Shown here piece by piece: positions 48,430-60,049 of a stretch of 64,000 bases of DNA. This DNA comes from a bacterium (lineage in GTDB: Bacteria > Hinthialibacterota > Hinthialibacteria > Hinthialibacterales > Hinthialibacteraceae). Every line of letters begins with the position of its first letter. Position 1 is the first letter of the stretch. The translations under genes and the position numbers were made by a program. The notes beneath the pieces are model-generated. The model saw only the letters and a program-made list of their open reading frames with translations, was not told the DNA's origin and searched no databases. Location of the stretch: the NCBI GenBank assembly GCA_963663405.2, contig CAXXSM010000143.1, positions 23,751-87,750 on the forward strand, written 5' to 3'.

Positions 48430-51400
48430 AACCGTTTCCTTTGAATGGGCAGACGGATGATGAACGTCGTTCCTTTGCCGGGAGCGGAGTTAACACTCAT
48501 TTCGCCCTCATGGGTTTCCGTGATGATAAAATAAGAGACACTCAGGCCCAAGCCAGTCCCTTGATCGGTTGGTTTCGTAGTGAAAAAAGGTTCGAAGATG
48601 CGCTTCCGGATGGATTCCTCCATCCCCGGCCCATTATCTTCAATCTCAATGCGAATCCAACCCGCCTCCTTCTCATGCTTCAACCGTAAGACGAAACACG
48701 GATTTATTCCGTTATCCTTGTCCATAACTTCCTGCATCGCTTCGGCGCCGTTACGCAGGATGTTAAGTAAAACTTGTTGGATTTTACTTGATTCGCAGGG
48801 CACACTGGGCACATCAGCCTCATATTCGCGGACGATCTCAATCTGGCGGAAATCGTAGTTCTTCTTCAGGTCATAATCACTGCCAGCCAGATTTACACTT
48901 TGGTCGAGGAGTTCGGCCAAATTGTTCGTCGAGAACGTTGAGTCGCTTTTACGGGCGAAGCTGAGCATGTTGGCCACAATTTCCGCGGCGCGGCGGCCCG
49001 ATTCGCGGATCCGCGTCAACATATTGATGATGCCCCGCTCCTCCATGAAGGCGCCGATGGCATCCATCGAAACGCCCGTCTTCGCGGCGGCCTGCTGGTT
49101 GGCCGGTAATTCCAAATTAGTTAAGCGATCGCACATCACACTCGCGGTCTGCATCATCCCTCCCAAGGGATTGTTGATTTCGTGGGCCATCCCCGCAGCC
49201 AAGCCACCCACAGACATCATCTTCTCGGTCTGCACCATCATCTCTTCCAACCGCACGCGCTCGGTCACATCATCCACCCGGATCACTGCGCCATCCACGT
49301 TGTTATCAAAGAGAGGATAGACGGTTATATCTTCATACTTGGTCTCCCCGTTTTCCTGGCGAGCCTGTTTGGGGGCGGATAGGGTTTGATGATTCCGCAT
49401 GGCATCTCTCACCCGATCCATTTCGTTGGATAGACGGGGAAAGACTTCAGCCAATGGCCGCCCGATGGCTTCCGCCGCCGCAATTCCCGCCTCCAGCTGG
49501 GCTTGATCGTTCCATTGGGTCACTACGCCTCCAGAGTCGACGCCAATTAAAATGGAAGGCATGGAGTTGATGATATTGGAAAGATAATTGCGCAAGTGGC
49601 GCAGTTCCACTTCCTGCCGCTTGCGTTCTGTAATGTCAATGGCAGTTCCTTCCAAATAGCCTTTTTCCGGGTAGGCCTTCACGGAAACGGACAGAGTCAC
49701 TATTTTTCCATCCAAGCGGATTAAGTCAAATTCGAATCCATGCGCTTCCCCATTCTTTTCTAGCATTACGATTAATTCTTCCCGCTGGCTTGGATTTTGA
49801 TAAAGGTCGAGAGACCGAATCTTGCCGACGATTTCATCTATTGAACCTCCCAACAGTTCCGCGGATTTGGCGTTCATTTCAAGATATAAACTGTCCGAAA
49901 TTCTTGACCGGAAAATCCCGACTAGAGCGTTGTGAAAGATATTTTTATAGCGTTCCTCACTCTCACGCAATGCCGCCTCAGCCTGTTTGCGTTCGGAGAT
50001 ATCGCGTATTGTCGCCATGATATAGGAGCCGGTAGGAATGTCGACTAAATTCAAGTTAACTTCCGTATCAAACAAGGAGCCGTCACTTCGCTTGTGCCGC
50101 CATTCAAAAAATTGAGGATTCCCATCCATCACCACATAGAAAATTTCCACTCCCTTTTCCGTAGACTTTCTACCATCAGGTTGGAAGGGGGGGGAGAGAT
50201 CAGACGGAACGAGATCCAAGAACTCGTCTCGAGTGTAACCAAACATTTCAAGAGTTTTATTGTTGCAGTTGATAAAAGCCTTAAAAGTGGAGAGAAATAT
50301 CGCATCCCCAGCGGATTCAAAGAGGATCCGGTAGCGGGTTTCGGATTCCTTGAGCGCCTCATTGGCCTGCTTGGCGTCTTCCATGACGCTAAGGGCGGCG
50401 CGCTGTTGGTTTCGTAGATCCTCTTGTTTTAACTGCAGCGATCGAACCGCCTTCTCCGCGCGCGAACTGTCGAGATACATCGAAGTCGACAATTCCGCGA
50501 TGCCGGTAAGAAAATTCAAGATCGGCTCGAGTTTCTCACGTGGGATAATAGGTGTCTCACGCAATGCGCGTATGTAATCCTCTTCGTCAAAACCGAACTG
50601 GGCCGCCTGCGCGCGGAACTTTTCTTCATCGGGCTTTTCCAAGTGGAATTGTCCAACGAACGCGTTGGCGACATGACGGCCATTGATCACGATCGGTGTC
50701 ACGCCATCGTTTAAACCATTGCGGCACTTGTAAATAACGTATTTCTTTCCCTGCTCGATCTGATTCGCCAAATAGGTATCGCTTTCGACACACCGGCGGC
50801 AGGTTTCTTCATTCACCCGGTGGAAATCCGTGCAAATCCGGTACCAGTTGGATTTGATCAAGATATTGCCTTTAAGATCGATAATCGCCGACGCAATCCC
50901 CACAACCGAACAGAAAGACTCGAGAATATGTTCAAGTTCTTTAATATAATGTTGATCAAGAAAATGCGTGTCTTCCTCTAAGCCATTGCCCTCTTCGACG
51001 GAATCCTCACCCTCCAGGGAAATTGTCTGGATCTCATCCAGAGCAAGGTAGATGTCCTTGAAAACCGGTTCTTTGCCCAGTTCCAAAGAAAAAGCGTTTA
51101 CCATCCGCTTCATCTCTATCATACGTTCTTCACGCCCCACCATAGCGCGATTGAAGGAAGCCAGTTCCTCCTCGGCCTGTTTGCGGGCGGTGATATCGGA
51201 ATGCGTGCCTGTAAAACGAATCGGATTGCCTTGTTCATCACGGGAGAAAATTTTCCCTTTTCCACGAATCCACATGTAGTCTCCGTCTTTCCGCAGAAAC
51301 CGGAATTCCACATCATAGATTTCGCTTTCTCCAGAGAGGTATTGTTCAATGGCCATTTTCGCTTGATGCAAATCATCGGGGTGAACTCGTTTCTCCCATT

Positions 51401-53894
51401 CCTCATAGTGACACGGGAATTCATCTGGCTCATAACCGGCCATCGTATAATAGCGGATATCGAACTCACAAATCCCACTGTCTATTTGCCAATCCCAGAT
51501 CCCTTCATTCGCCCCTTCCAGAGCCAATTCCAAGCGCTCTTCGTTCAACCGTAACTGCTCTTCCGCTTGCTTGCGCTCCGTGATGTTCCGCCCAACCTCC
51601 AGACAGGCGACGATTTCTCCTTTCGCATCCCGGATCGGACTGGCGGTGTTTTCCCAGTACACGACATCTTCAGACAGCTGAGTATTCGTTCTTTCCACGG
51701 TATGCGGCTTTCCATCTTCGAACACCATCGGCACAGGACAACCATCACACACCGCATCTCTTTTTTCATATGCCTTGTAACATTTTTGCCCAAAGGCATC
51801 GATGAAATTTCTCGCAACTTTATTCTGGAAGATAATGTTGTAATCCTTATCTAGAATGGTCAACGCATCTTGAGTGGTATCGACGATGGATTGCAGCTTG
51901 TTTTTTTCATTCTGTAATTTTTCCTCCGCTTGTTTTCGGTCGGTGATATCACGCACCACCGCCAACACACGCGGCTGACCGCCAATCGTGGCGAGTTTAA
52001 GGTTTACCTCGGCCCAGAAAAGTTCCTCATTTTTTCTCTTACAAAGCCATTCGAAACCATGCGGTCCTTCTTGTATCGCCTTGCGAACATTCTGCTCCGC
52101 TTCCTTTTGTGAATAGGGAGGATTTCCCTCGCTAAAATCTTCGATGCTTAATCTCCGCATTTCCTCACGAGAGTAGCCATATATTTCAGACGCCGCCTGA
52201 TTCACATCGAGAATAGTTCCATCAGAAGGATCGTGAACGAACAACACCTCGCTCACGCTATTAAAAATTGTACGGTAGTTCTCTTCCGCCGCCCGGCGCG
52301 CAATTTCGGCTTGCCGGCGATTTGTAACATCCTCACCGGAAGAAAGGACGCCAATTATTTTCCCACCATCCTCCTTTAGTATAATATTGTGCCAAGTGAT
52401 AATTCGTTCTTCGCCATCTTTTGTCAAAACGGGATTTTCATAGTATTCATCCAATTCGCCATTGCCTGAAAATACCTTATCACCAACGACTTTAACTTCC
52501 TCCTTAATACTTTCCGGCAAGAACGAATCAAACCAATTCCTGCCTAAAATCTCTTCCTGTGTATAACCGAGAACCTCACATCCTTTCTGGTTGATTAGTG
52601 TCACAATTCCATCCGTATCAATCGCAACGAACATGACGCCTGCAATGTCAAGATACTTTTGCGCACGATCCCTTTCTTGACGCAAGGCCTGTTCCGCCCG
52701 TTTCCGTTCGGTAATGATACGAGTCACCTCGAGGCAGGCGACAATTTCTCCCTTTGTGTCGCGGATGGGATTGGCGGTGTTTTCCCAGTACGCGATCTCA
52801 CCTGAAGGCAAAACCGTTTTTCTTTCCACCGTTCGCGATTGCCCATCCTCAAACGCCATTCGTACGGGACATCCATCGCAAACCGTATCGTTCCCTTCAT
52901 AGATCTCGTAACATTTTCTCCCAAGACATCCAAATAGATCTTTCATGACCCGATTTTGGAAAATGATGTTGTAATCTTTGTCTTGGATCGTCAGTCCATA
53001 TTCGATGGCGTCGACAATCGATTGCAGTTTGTTTTTCTCATTCTGCAGCGCTTGCTCCGTCCGTTTGAGTTCGGTTACATCCCGCGCGACTGTGGAAAGG
53101 TACTCTACCTGCCCGTTGGCTGATTTATGCGACATGACTATTTGCGATACAAAAAACTCTGTGCCGTCATTCCTCAGAAGGGCTGTCTCACCGTACCAAG
53201 ATCCGTGTTCAATAGCCTGGGGGATCCCTTCCTTCTCAAGGATGCGCCACGCCCACTCGGGATGGAAGTCACGAATCGAAACCGAATTGATATCCTCGTC
53301 AGGTGATAAACCAAGGATTCCCCTGGCGGTGCGATTGAGGTAAATGACCTGACCGTTCGGCGCGGCGGTGCCTACAAAGTCCCTGGTTTCCTCAAGGATA
53401 GTGGTCAGACGGGCCCGTTCTTGCTCGATTCGTTTCCGTTCCGTAATCTCTTGGTTTACACCGATCATACGAACGGCTTTGCCTGTTTCATCGTAAATGG
53501 GCTGCCCCATCGCCGCGATCCAGCGCTCGCTTTTGTCGTGGGAAATGATCCGGAATTCTGTGTTGTATGAGGTATGTTCTTCAATAGCCCGCTTGACAGC
53601 CTGTAATGTCTGATCGAGATCATCGGGACTAATACGCTCTTCGAAGAAACTGATGGGCACGCTTTCTGTATTAAGGTTGGTCTCGAGAATCTCTTGGCTG
53701 TAGCCGCCCAGTTTAATCGTATCCGTATCAAGATTCCAATCCCACGTGCTGAGCTGCAATCCCTGCACTTCGAGACGGAGTTGTTCCTCACTAACGCGGA
53801 GAACCTCACATCCGCCCGTTTGCTGGTCTGTAATGTCGCGATCAGTGTCAAGCACCCGGTCTCCATCCGCAATCGTAACTCGCGTTAGAGTCAC
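48426..53894 (-). CDS. Multi-PAS/PocR sensor histidine kinase (intact 3' part)
   Basis: Many PAS/PAC repeats (DITERK); PocR-like ICTDFHR..C..SD..YKCRNGL..VGQF; AGMAHEINNP; DNGPG; GTGLGL. Confidence 0.92.
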   Translation of the reverse strand: MTLTRVTIADGDRVLDTDRDITDQQTGGCEVLRVSEEQLRLEVQGLQLSTWDWNLDTDTIKLGGYSQEILETNLNTESVPISFFEERISPDDLDQTLQAVKRAIEEHTSYNTEFRIISHDKSERWIAAMGQPIYDETGKAVRMIGVNQEITERKRIEQERARLTTILEETRDFVGTAAPNGQVIYLNRTARGILGLSPDEDINSVSIRDFHPEWAWRILEKEGIPQAIEHGSWYGETALLRNDGTEFFVSQIVMSHKSANGQVEYLSTVARDVTELKRTEQALQNEKNKLQSIVDAIEYGLTIQDKDYNIIFQNRVMKDLFGCLGRKCYEIYEGNDTVCDGCPVRMAFEDGQSRTVERKTVLPSGEIAYWENTANPIRDTKGEIVACLEVTRIITERKRAEQALRQERDRAQKYLDIAGVMFVAIDTDGIVTLINQKGCEVLGYTQEEILGRNWFDSFLPESIKEEVKVVGDKVFSGNGELDEYYENPVLTKDGEERIITWHNIILKEDGGKIIGVLSSGEDVTNRRQAEIARRAAEENYRTIFNSVSEVLFVHDPSDGTILDVNQAASEIYGYSREEMRRLSIEDFSEGNPPYSQKEAEQNVRKAIQEGPHGFEWLCKRKNEELFWAEVNLKLATIGGQPRVLAVVRDITDRKQAEEKLQNEKNKLQSIVDTTQDALTILDKDYNIIFQNKVARNFIDAFGQKCYKAYEKRDAVCDGCPVPMVFEDGKPHTVERTNTQLSEDVVYWENTASPIRDAKGEIVACLEVGRNITERKQAEEQLRLNEERLELALEGANEGIWDWQIDSGICEFDIRYYTMAGYEPDEFPCHYEEWEKRVHPDDLHQAKMAIEQYLSGESEIYDVEFRFLRKDGDYMWIRGKGKIFSRDEQGNPIRFTGTHSDITARKQAEEELASFNRAMVGREERMIEMKRMVNAFSLELGKEPVFKDIYLALDEIQTISLEGEDSVEEGNGLEEDTHFLDQHYIKELEHILESFCSVVGIASAIIDLKGNILIKSNWYRICTDFHRVNEETCRRCVESDTYLANQIEQGKKYVIYKCRNGLNDGVTPIVINGRHVANAFVGQFHLEKPDEEKFRAQAAQFGFDEEDYIRALRETPIIPREKLEPILNFLTGIAELSTSMYLDSSRAEKAVRSLQLKQEDLRNQQRAALSVMEDAKQANEALKESETRYRILFESAGDAIFLSTFKAFINCNNKTLEMFGYTRDEFLDLVPSDLSPPFQPDGRKSTEKGVEIFYVVMDGNPQFFEWRHKRSDGSLFDTEVNLNLVDIPTGSYIMATIRDISERKQAEAALRESEERYKNIFHNALVGIFRSRISDSLYLEMNAKSAELLGGSIDEIVGKIRSLDLYQNPSQREELIVMLEKNGEAHGFEFDLIRLDGKIVTLSVSVKAYPEKGYLEGTAIDITERKRQEVELRHLRNYLSNIINSMPSILIGVDSGGVVTQWNDQAQLEAGIAAAEAIGRPLAEVFPRLSNEMDRVRDAMRNHQTLSAPKQARQENGETKYEDITVYPLFDNNVDGAVIRVDDVTERVRLEEMMVQTEKMMSVGGLAAGMAHEINNPLGGMMQTASVMCDRLTNLELPANQQAAAKTGVSMDAIGAFMEERGIINMLTRIRESGRRAAEIVANMLSFARKSDSTFSTNNLAELLDQSVNLAGSDYDLKKNYDFRQIEIVREYEADVPSVPCESSKIQQVLLNILRNGAEAMQEVMDKDNGINPCFVLRLKHEKEAGWIRIEIEDNGPGMEESIRKRIFEPFFTTKPTDQGTGLGLSVSYFIITETHEGEMSVNSAPGKGTTFIIRLPIQRKRL

Positions 53895-56439
53895 TTCAAC
53901 CCATGACGTCTCTCCGTTTTTATGTCTTACAGATCCACTCGAATGTTTGCGGCCCCTGTGTTATCGCCTTGTGAATCCATTCTGCGGCTTCTTGACGCGA
54001 ATATGCCTGTTCTCGCCAAACTGATTTCTTCCACGTTCAGGTTCAACGCTTGATCATGCGTATATCCAAACATCTCACACATTCGCTTATTGACGTCGAC
54101 AATTTCTCCCGTTTCCATGTCGCGTATAACTATGGGATCATAACCAGAGTCAAATATCGTTTGATAATTTGCCTTCAATGTACGCTGTTTCTCCTCCGCT
54201 TGCTTGCGTTCAGTGATGTCCTGGACAGTTTCTTTGATAGCCGTAAGGGCGCGATTGTCATCATAGATTCCTTCAAAGGTAGAGAATTCGTATCCGGGAC
54301 ATGCCATCGGAACGCAGGAACTTTTGTTCGAAGTAGTTCTGTTCGTGGCTCTCTATTGCTCTTTGGATTAGATCCTCGTAACGTTGGTGTTCATCCGGCC
54401 AGGGGGACAATGCCTGGATAGAATCTTTCATGACCCGTAAATTCTTCTGGAAAATCGATGTTGAAAGATCTTATAGATTTCTTCCGATCATTCCACGGCT
54501 CCAGTATTGCACATGGTATCGACCAATAGCCGAGATTCGCCAGTTGCTGAGTTTCCCGTAATCGGCCCTCACTTTCCTCCAACGCCTCCTCCACCTGTCT
54601 TACGTTCAGTGATATCCCTCCCTTCGGGAACGAGGAAAATCATATTGACCATTCTTCATCTTTTACCGGCTTGATGGAGAAATCCAAATATTGTGAATCG
54701 TTCCATCAATGGCTGATATTTGCGAACCTCACTGTCGGACAATCTCACCAGATGCTGCGCGGTGTATCGCGTCAATCATCCAATTTTGTCTGTTCCTTCA
54801 ACATACGTTTCCACCATTGATGTTTCCCAAAACGGTTTTCCCAGACTACATCCGATTCCTCCACTCCAATAAAATTAAGCGCTGTTTGATTGGCGCTTCA
54901 AGAAGAATACCGTCCAGCGTCATCAATCCAAGAAATTCAGAACGAATTGTTAAAGACCGCTTTGATACTTATATTCGCTTTCTTTCAGATTTGCAGTTCG
55001 GACTCGCTTGCTGTTCGGTAATGTCTTGGATCGGTTCCCTTGAATCGCAGTCAAGGCGCCGCTATTGTCATAGATGCCTTGAAAAGTCGAGAAGCAGTAA
55101 AATCCCGTGCTGCCATTGGGACGTAGGAATTTTTGGACGAAGGAACCAGGCACTACGGCTCTCTTTAACTACTTGTTTGAGGAGCCACTTTATGACGCTC
55201 ATGATCTTCAGGCCAGGGAGACAATTCCATGATGGAATCGATCTGAGGTAGTGAATTCTCTCTGGATCGAGATGGAAGATTTTATACATTTCTTCACTGG
55301 ACCATTCCACGTCCCCCGAATCCACATCCCATAAGCCAATGGCCGAGACCGAGCCAATTGCTGGGCTTCCCGCAATCGGCTCTCGCGATCCTGGAGTGTC
55401 TCCAGAATTCTTTTTTCTTCGGTGATATCGTGGGCGATCCCCTCAACGGCCACCACATGGCCAGTCTTCGTCAAAGATTGGAACTTCGGTCACCTCCAAC
55501 CATCGCAGTGTCTCCCAGATTTGTGAAAGGTCTCGACCTGGTATGGGAGGTTGCTTTATTCCCCTTAATGTTTTCTTGCGTTCTTTTCTATGGCATCATC
55601 GTTTATTCACAGGATTATCGGTCATGATAGGTCGGAGAAATGTGACTTTTGAATTCTTCCTGCGTATAGCCAAGCATTTGCGTGATCGACGAACTGAGAT
55701 AAGAGAAGATCCCATCCGTGTCATGGGAGTAAAAGAAATACTTCTGACCTAAGTTTTCGACAAGCCGGCGGTGTTTCTCCTCGCTCTCCCGCAACGCTTT
55801 TTCTGTCTGCTTGCGCTTGGTTATATCGTGATCCACCCCACGGTAGCCAGTCAGTGTTCCCAATCCATCAAAAATGGGAACGCCGCTTGTCTCAAGGACA
55901 ATCCGATGACCCTCCTTATGTAGACAAACGTTCTCCAAAGTGACGATTGTCTCACCTTTTCTCACCAATTCCTTAAAGATATCTGCAACCCGTTCCGCTT
56001 CTTCCGGCGGCATTAAATCAAATGGCGTTTTACCAAGGATCTCTTCCGGTTTGTATCCTAAAAGTGTTTCTACCTGTTGGCTGGAAAACGTATAGACGCC
56101 TTCCTGATTCACCTCCCAAAGCCAATCGCTGGAAGTATCAATGAGAGTTTGATATTTGGCTGAATTCCTTCTCTCAATCAACAACGATTCCCATAACCGT
56201 CCTACCGCAAATCCACTGACGGCGAGAATACCGCAGGAGAGTAAGCGTAAGATCAATATATGCGGATGATTCAGCGATGTGAAAATTGAAAGAAAGGACC
56301 GGGCGCCAGCGTTAACCCAGAAATAAACGAATATGGAATCCGCCATCCATAGGATCACGGAAAGCAAAACACAGGTCCAAATCACGAAAAACCGCCTTAC
56401 AGCAGAATCGTGATGGAATCGTTCTGCAACGCCAATCAT
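53895..56439 (-). pseudogene. Fragmented 5' part of the same kinase (2 TM + several PAS domains, many frameshifts)
   Basis: ATG 56439 with AAGGAG RBS; PAS fragments in changing frames (HDITKRK, HDITEEKR, QDITERK, REAQQLA, RETQQLA). Confidence 0.65.
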
Positions 56440-57474
56440 GACTTGGCTCTCCTTTTCTCGATGCAAAAACAATGTTGATAGCGCTATTATTCAGAGTGTC
56501 AAGCGGTTGTATAAATTGATTTTTTTATTCTCCCGGCGCCGATTCTTATAACGTTTTGGAAAATAATCCTTGCGGCATCCACCGGAAATGTATCCTGAAA
56601 CCATAATGATACGACGGATTGGAGGGTTCGATCTGAATTGCCTCTCTGTATCAGTACAAGACCGGTGGAGAGAATCTTATCAGATTCACAAAGAAACAGA
56701 CGGAGATGAACGCGGTTTCTGACCTTTCCGTCTTCCCAGCAAGATTTCCTAAAAAGAATATGACGACGGATGGTTATAACATTGAATAAATTTAAGAGTT
56801 CAGCGTAATCCATAGTCTCAATTGTAAATATTTTACTTTTCAAAATTAAAAAATCAATACATTATCGATATATATTGGAATAAAAATTTACTCATCAAGA
56901 CCGTTCAAGAGGATTGTTTGCGTTTGAGGATGATGAGCGTATCATGACTCCAAGATAGAAGCATGAACGATAGAGAAAGAACGAGCTGGCCATCCCCTTA
57001 TTTACAAACCATCGTGATTTTAATCACAATTACAAATGAAAAATCCAAATAATCCATATTCATGTCATATAGTTATAACTTGTATTTCCAGCCAGTAGTT
57101 GATAGGTTTCTCCTAATGGAATATTAATGAATCTTATATATAAGATTCTAACAGAAAAATAACAAAAAAAATATTAAATTCGAGATTCCAAATATTTTTT
57201 TGGATTGATAAGAGTAGTTTTATTTTGGAATGGCGCCCTTTTTTTATCTCACTCACACAAACCTCTCCGTGAATTGTGAAGAAATGCTTAACACCCCCAA
57301 AAAAAGAACCTGTAAAAAAAGAAATCCTTCTTTTTATTTTATTGCGAGTTCCCCCATAATTGAACGCTTTTCTCCCTGCGGAAATTGGAAAGAACTTTAC
57401 ACGTTTCGTCATATACAATTTAGACACTTTCTTCTATAGTACGTAACACAACATGGAAAGAAAGATAAGGAATT

Positions 57475-58098
57475 ATGGATGAAGAATCCAAACTCGATAA
57501 AACAACTGAATATCCTGAGTTATCCGAGACATTGAGCGGCCGCCGGCCTTCGTGGGATGAGTATTTCATGCTGATCGCCAAGTTGGCGGCGACCCGGTCA
57601 ACTTGTTATTCACGCCCAGTCGGCGCGGTGATCGTCCGGGATAAGCGAATCCTAGCGACAGGTTATAATGGCGCCGCACCAGGCGCGTGGCACTGCTCCG
57701 ACCGGAAAGAATGTTATTGGCGAAAGCCGGAAAACCAAGTTCCCGGTATCAAACCGAGTGAACTGTCCCGTGCGATCCACGCGGAAATGAACGCGATCGC
57801 ACATGCCGCGCGTCAGGGGATCAGCATAGAAAACGGAACGATTTATTCGACTCTTTCGCCCTGTATGAATTGTTTCAAAGCGCTTATGAGCGCGGGTATT
57901 CAACGCGTTTTTTATGAGCATATTTATGATTTTAACGATCAGGGCGGGGACCAGGCGCTTCTCAACTATTACGATCAATATAAAGAGATTATCGAAGTAA
58001 AACGATTGGTTATTTCCAAACCAAGCATCGTTACGGCGAATGAATTTCTCAGCGGTGTCACATCAAAACGCCGGCATGATCATTATAGCCAATCATAA
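57475..58098 (+). CDS. comEB: dCMP deaminase family protein
   Basis: RPSWDEYFM, RSTC, TGYNG, HAEMNAI, PCMNC. Confidence 0.92.
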   Translation: MDEESKLDKTTEYPELSETLSGRRPSWDEYFMLIAKLAATRSTCYSRPVGAVIVRDKRILATGYNGAAPGAWHCSDRKECYWRKPENQVPGIKPSELSRAIHAEMNAIAHAARQGISIENGTIYSTLSPCMNCFKALMSAGIQRVFYEHIYDFNDQGGDQALLNYYDQYKEIIEVKRLVISKPSIVTANEFLSGVTSKRRHDHYSQS

Positions 58099-58110
58099 TA
58101 CTCGCCAAGT

Positions 58111-58178
58111 TTTATATGAAAATGAGTTGCAGAAAGCATTCCGAAAATGAAAACCTTGGAAACACATTTTTATATAAA
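58111..58178. repeat. Family A element, diverged copy
   Basis: 58-bp core 58116-58173, atgaaaatgagtt...aacacatttttat. Confidence 0.7.
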
Positions 58179-58349
58179 AACGTTCGATTTAATTATTGGT
58201 TTATTTAAAAATAAGTATTGACATGGGGAGAATAATAAATTAAGTTATACAACAAATTATATGTAATGTGGGAGAGTACGAAGAGCGAAATCGTTTGGGG
58301 GAAGAGATGATTGGGGTGATGAAGGATCAATTATCCCTTGAAATGGACA

Positions 58350-59528
58350 ATGAAGCGCCCTCACAAACGAAACTTGTTAGCGCGTTCTTCACTTTGGGAA
58401 GTCTGTGTCTACCTGTTATATGATTTGTATTCGTATTTAAAAAAGCTAAGAGAAAAACAAGAACGTGATTCCCAAGGGACGAGTTTCATGTTGACTTTTT
58501 TTGCGATCCTGGCGCGCTGGTTGAATCGGCTCGGGAGTGTATATCCAAGAATCCCTATCCGCATTCCCATTTTTTCTTTCACCGGATTTTATGGATTGCT
58601 GGCGATTTATCTCGCTGTGGCTGCGATTACTTTCTGGCCAAAACCATCCATTCCTCTGGACGGAGCCGAACTGGTGGAGGTCTCCCTCCATCAGACGCCG
58701 GAAACTGCGTTTCTGGAAGATATTGAGGTATTCACCGACGCCGCGTCCATTCCGGAGGAACTCTATCCGTACGAGACCCGTCAGCCACTTACAGTTACTC
58801 CACGGGCTTTACCCACAAAAACGCTGAGCCAAACAGTCGTTTCATCTTCACCGGAAGAGAGTGATTCCCAAAAAACCACCGCTACAGTTATTCCAATAAC
58901 AACAAACCAAAAGAAAATTCAACCGCAAAAAGGATTTTATCACACTGTTCAGAAAAACGAATCGATCTATTCCATCGCGGTCGACTACCGAGTCAGTTAT
59001 CTAAAAGTAAAAAGTTATAATCCTGACATCAATCCCCGCCGTATGCAGCCCGGTGATAAAATATACATCCCCGGTTCAAAAGACGCGTACCGATTAGCCT
59101 CCTCGCATACAATGATCCTGCCGCTTAAATCGACCCTGATCACTTCCCCATATGGAATGCGAAAACATCCATTGGCGAGAGGGACAGGCGGGCGGAATAC
59201 ATTTCGATTCCATAAAGGCATCGATTTGAAAGCGAACACTGGAACGCTAGTGCTTTCCGTTATGGATGGGAAGGTCATTTCATCTGGATGGCGGAATTCC
59301 TATATGGGTTATACCGTCGAACTGCAACACGCCAATGGAATAAGAACCGTCTACGCTCATTGCTCCAAATTACTGGTCAAACGAGGCGAGTCGGTGCGTC
59401 AAGGACAAATCATCGCGAAGACTGGAAAATCCGGAAAGACCACAGGCCCTCACCTTCATTTCGAAGTCATCAAAAATGGGAAACACCAAAATCCCATCAA
59501 CTTTTTACCGCGGCTGCGAAGACTATAA
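58350..59528 (+). CDS. Membrane-anchored LysM + M23 peptidase (start uncertain)
   Basis: HTVQKNESIYSIA LysM; HKGID, YAHCS, TGPHLHFE. Confidence 0.9.
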   Translation: MKRPHKRNLLARSSLWEVCVYLLYDLYSYLKKLREKQERDSQGTSFMLTFFAILARWLNRLGSVYPRIPIRIPIFSFTGFYGLLAIYLAVAAITFWPKPSIPLDGAELVEVSLHQTPETAFLEDIEVFTDAASIPEELYPYETRQPLTVTPRALPTKTLSQTVVSSSPEESDSQKTTATVIPITTNQKKIQPQKGFYHTVQKNESIYSIAVDYRVSYLKVKSYNPDINPRRMQPGDKIYIPGSKDAYRLASSHTMILPLKSTLITSPYGMRKHPLARGTGGRNTFRFHKGIDLKANTGTLVLSVMDGKVISSGWRNSYMGYTVELQHANGIRTVYAHCSKLLVKRGESVRQGQIIAKTGKSGKTTGPHLHFEVIKNGKHQNPINFLPRLRRL

Positions 59529-59711
59529 GCGATAACTAGAACACAACACAGCATTTTGAAACGAAGGCGGCGTGTATATGCCGCTTTATTAGTTTATCGG
59601 ACGGGTTTTTTCTATACATTCCAATCCTGTATCAATCATTATAAGATTTTCAATGTATAGACCAGACCGTTTTTTCGAAAACGCATAGATCAATTTGCCG
59701 ATGATTGATAT

Positions 59712-59944
59712 AAACCATCATGATTGAGATCGCAAATGAAAATGAATTGCGAGAGTACTCTCGAACGAGAAAGTTTTAGAAACTCATTTTCATATAAACC
59801 AGCATGATTGAGATCACAACCTGCAAATGAAAATGAGTCGCAGAAGCGGTAGGATGGGTCACGCTTTATCGACCCACCGGGAATGATTTACGAAAATGGC
59901 GCCTCAAAAAGACGCGACCCACCCTACCTGCTCATTTTCATATA
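59712..59944. repeat. Two tandem family A elements; the second contains a nested GTAG...CTAC REP-like doublet
   Basis: Cores 59736-59793 (58 bp) and 59827-59941 (115 bp); insert 59849-59927. Confidence 0.85.
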
Positions 59945-60003
59945 GAGTGATGGATGAAGAGATTTTCAAGGAAGTGGAAAATTATTCGAAGCGCTCAAGG
60001 AAT

Positions 60004-60037
60004 GAAGGATGGACCTGAAACAAAAGGTCCATCCTTC
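60004..60037. terminator. Hairpin downstream of the M56 gene, probable terminator
   Basis: gaaggatggacct-8nt-aggtccatccttc 13-bp stem; U tract weak. Confidence 0.55.
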
Positions 60038-60049
60038 TTGAAATTCTAA

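Noticed and set aside
56499-57439. Short ORFs in the AT-rich region upstream of the kinase
   Set aside because: No motifs, weak starts and low-complexity composition; probably intergenic
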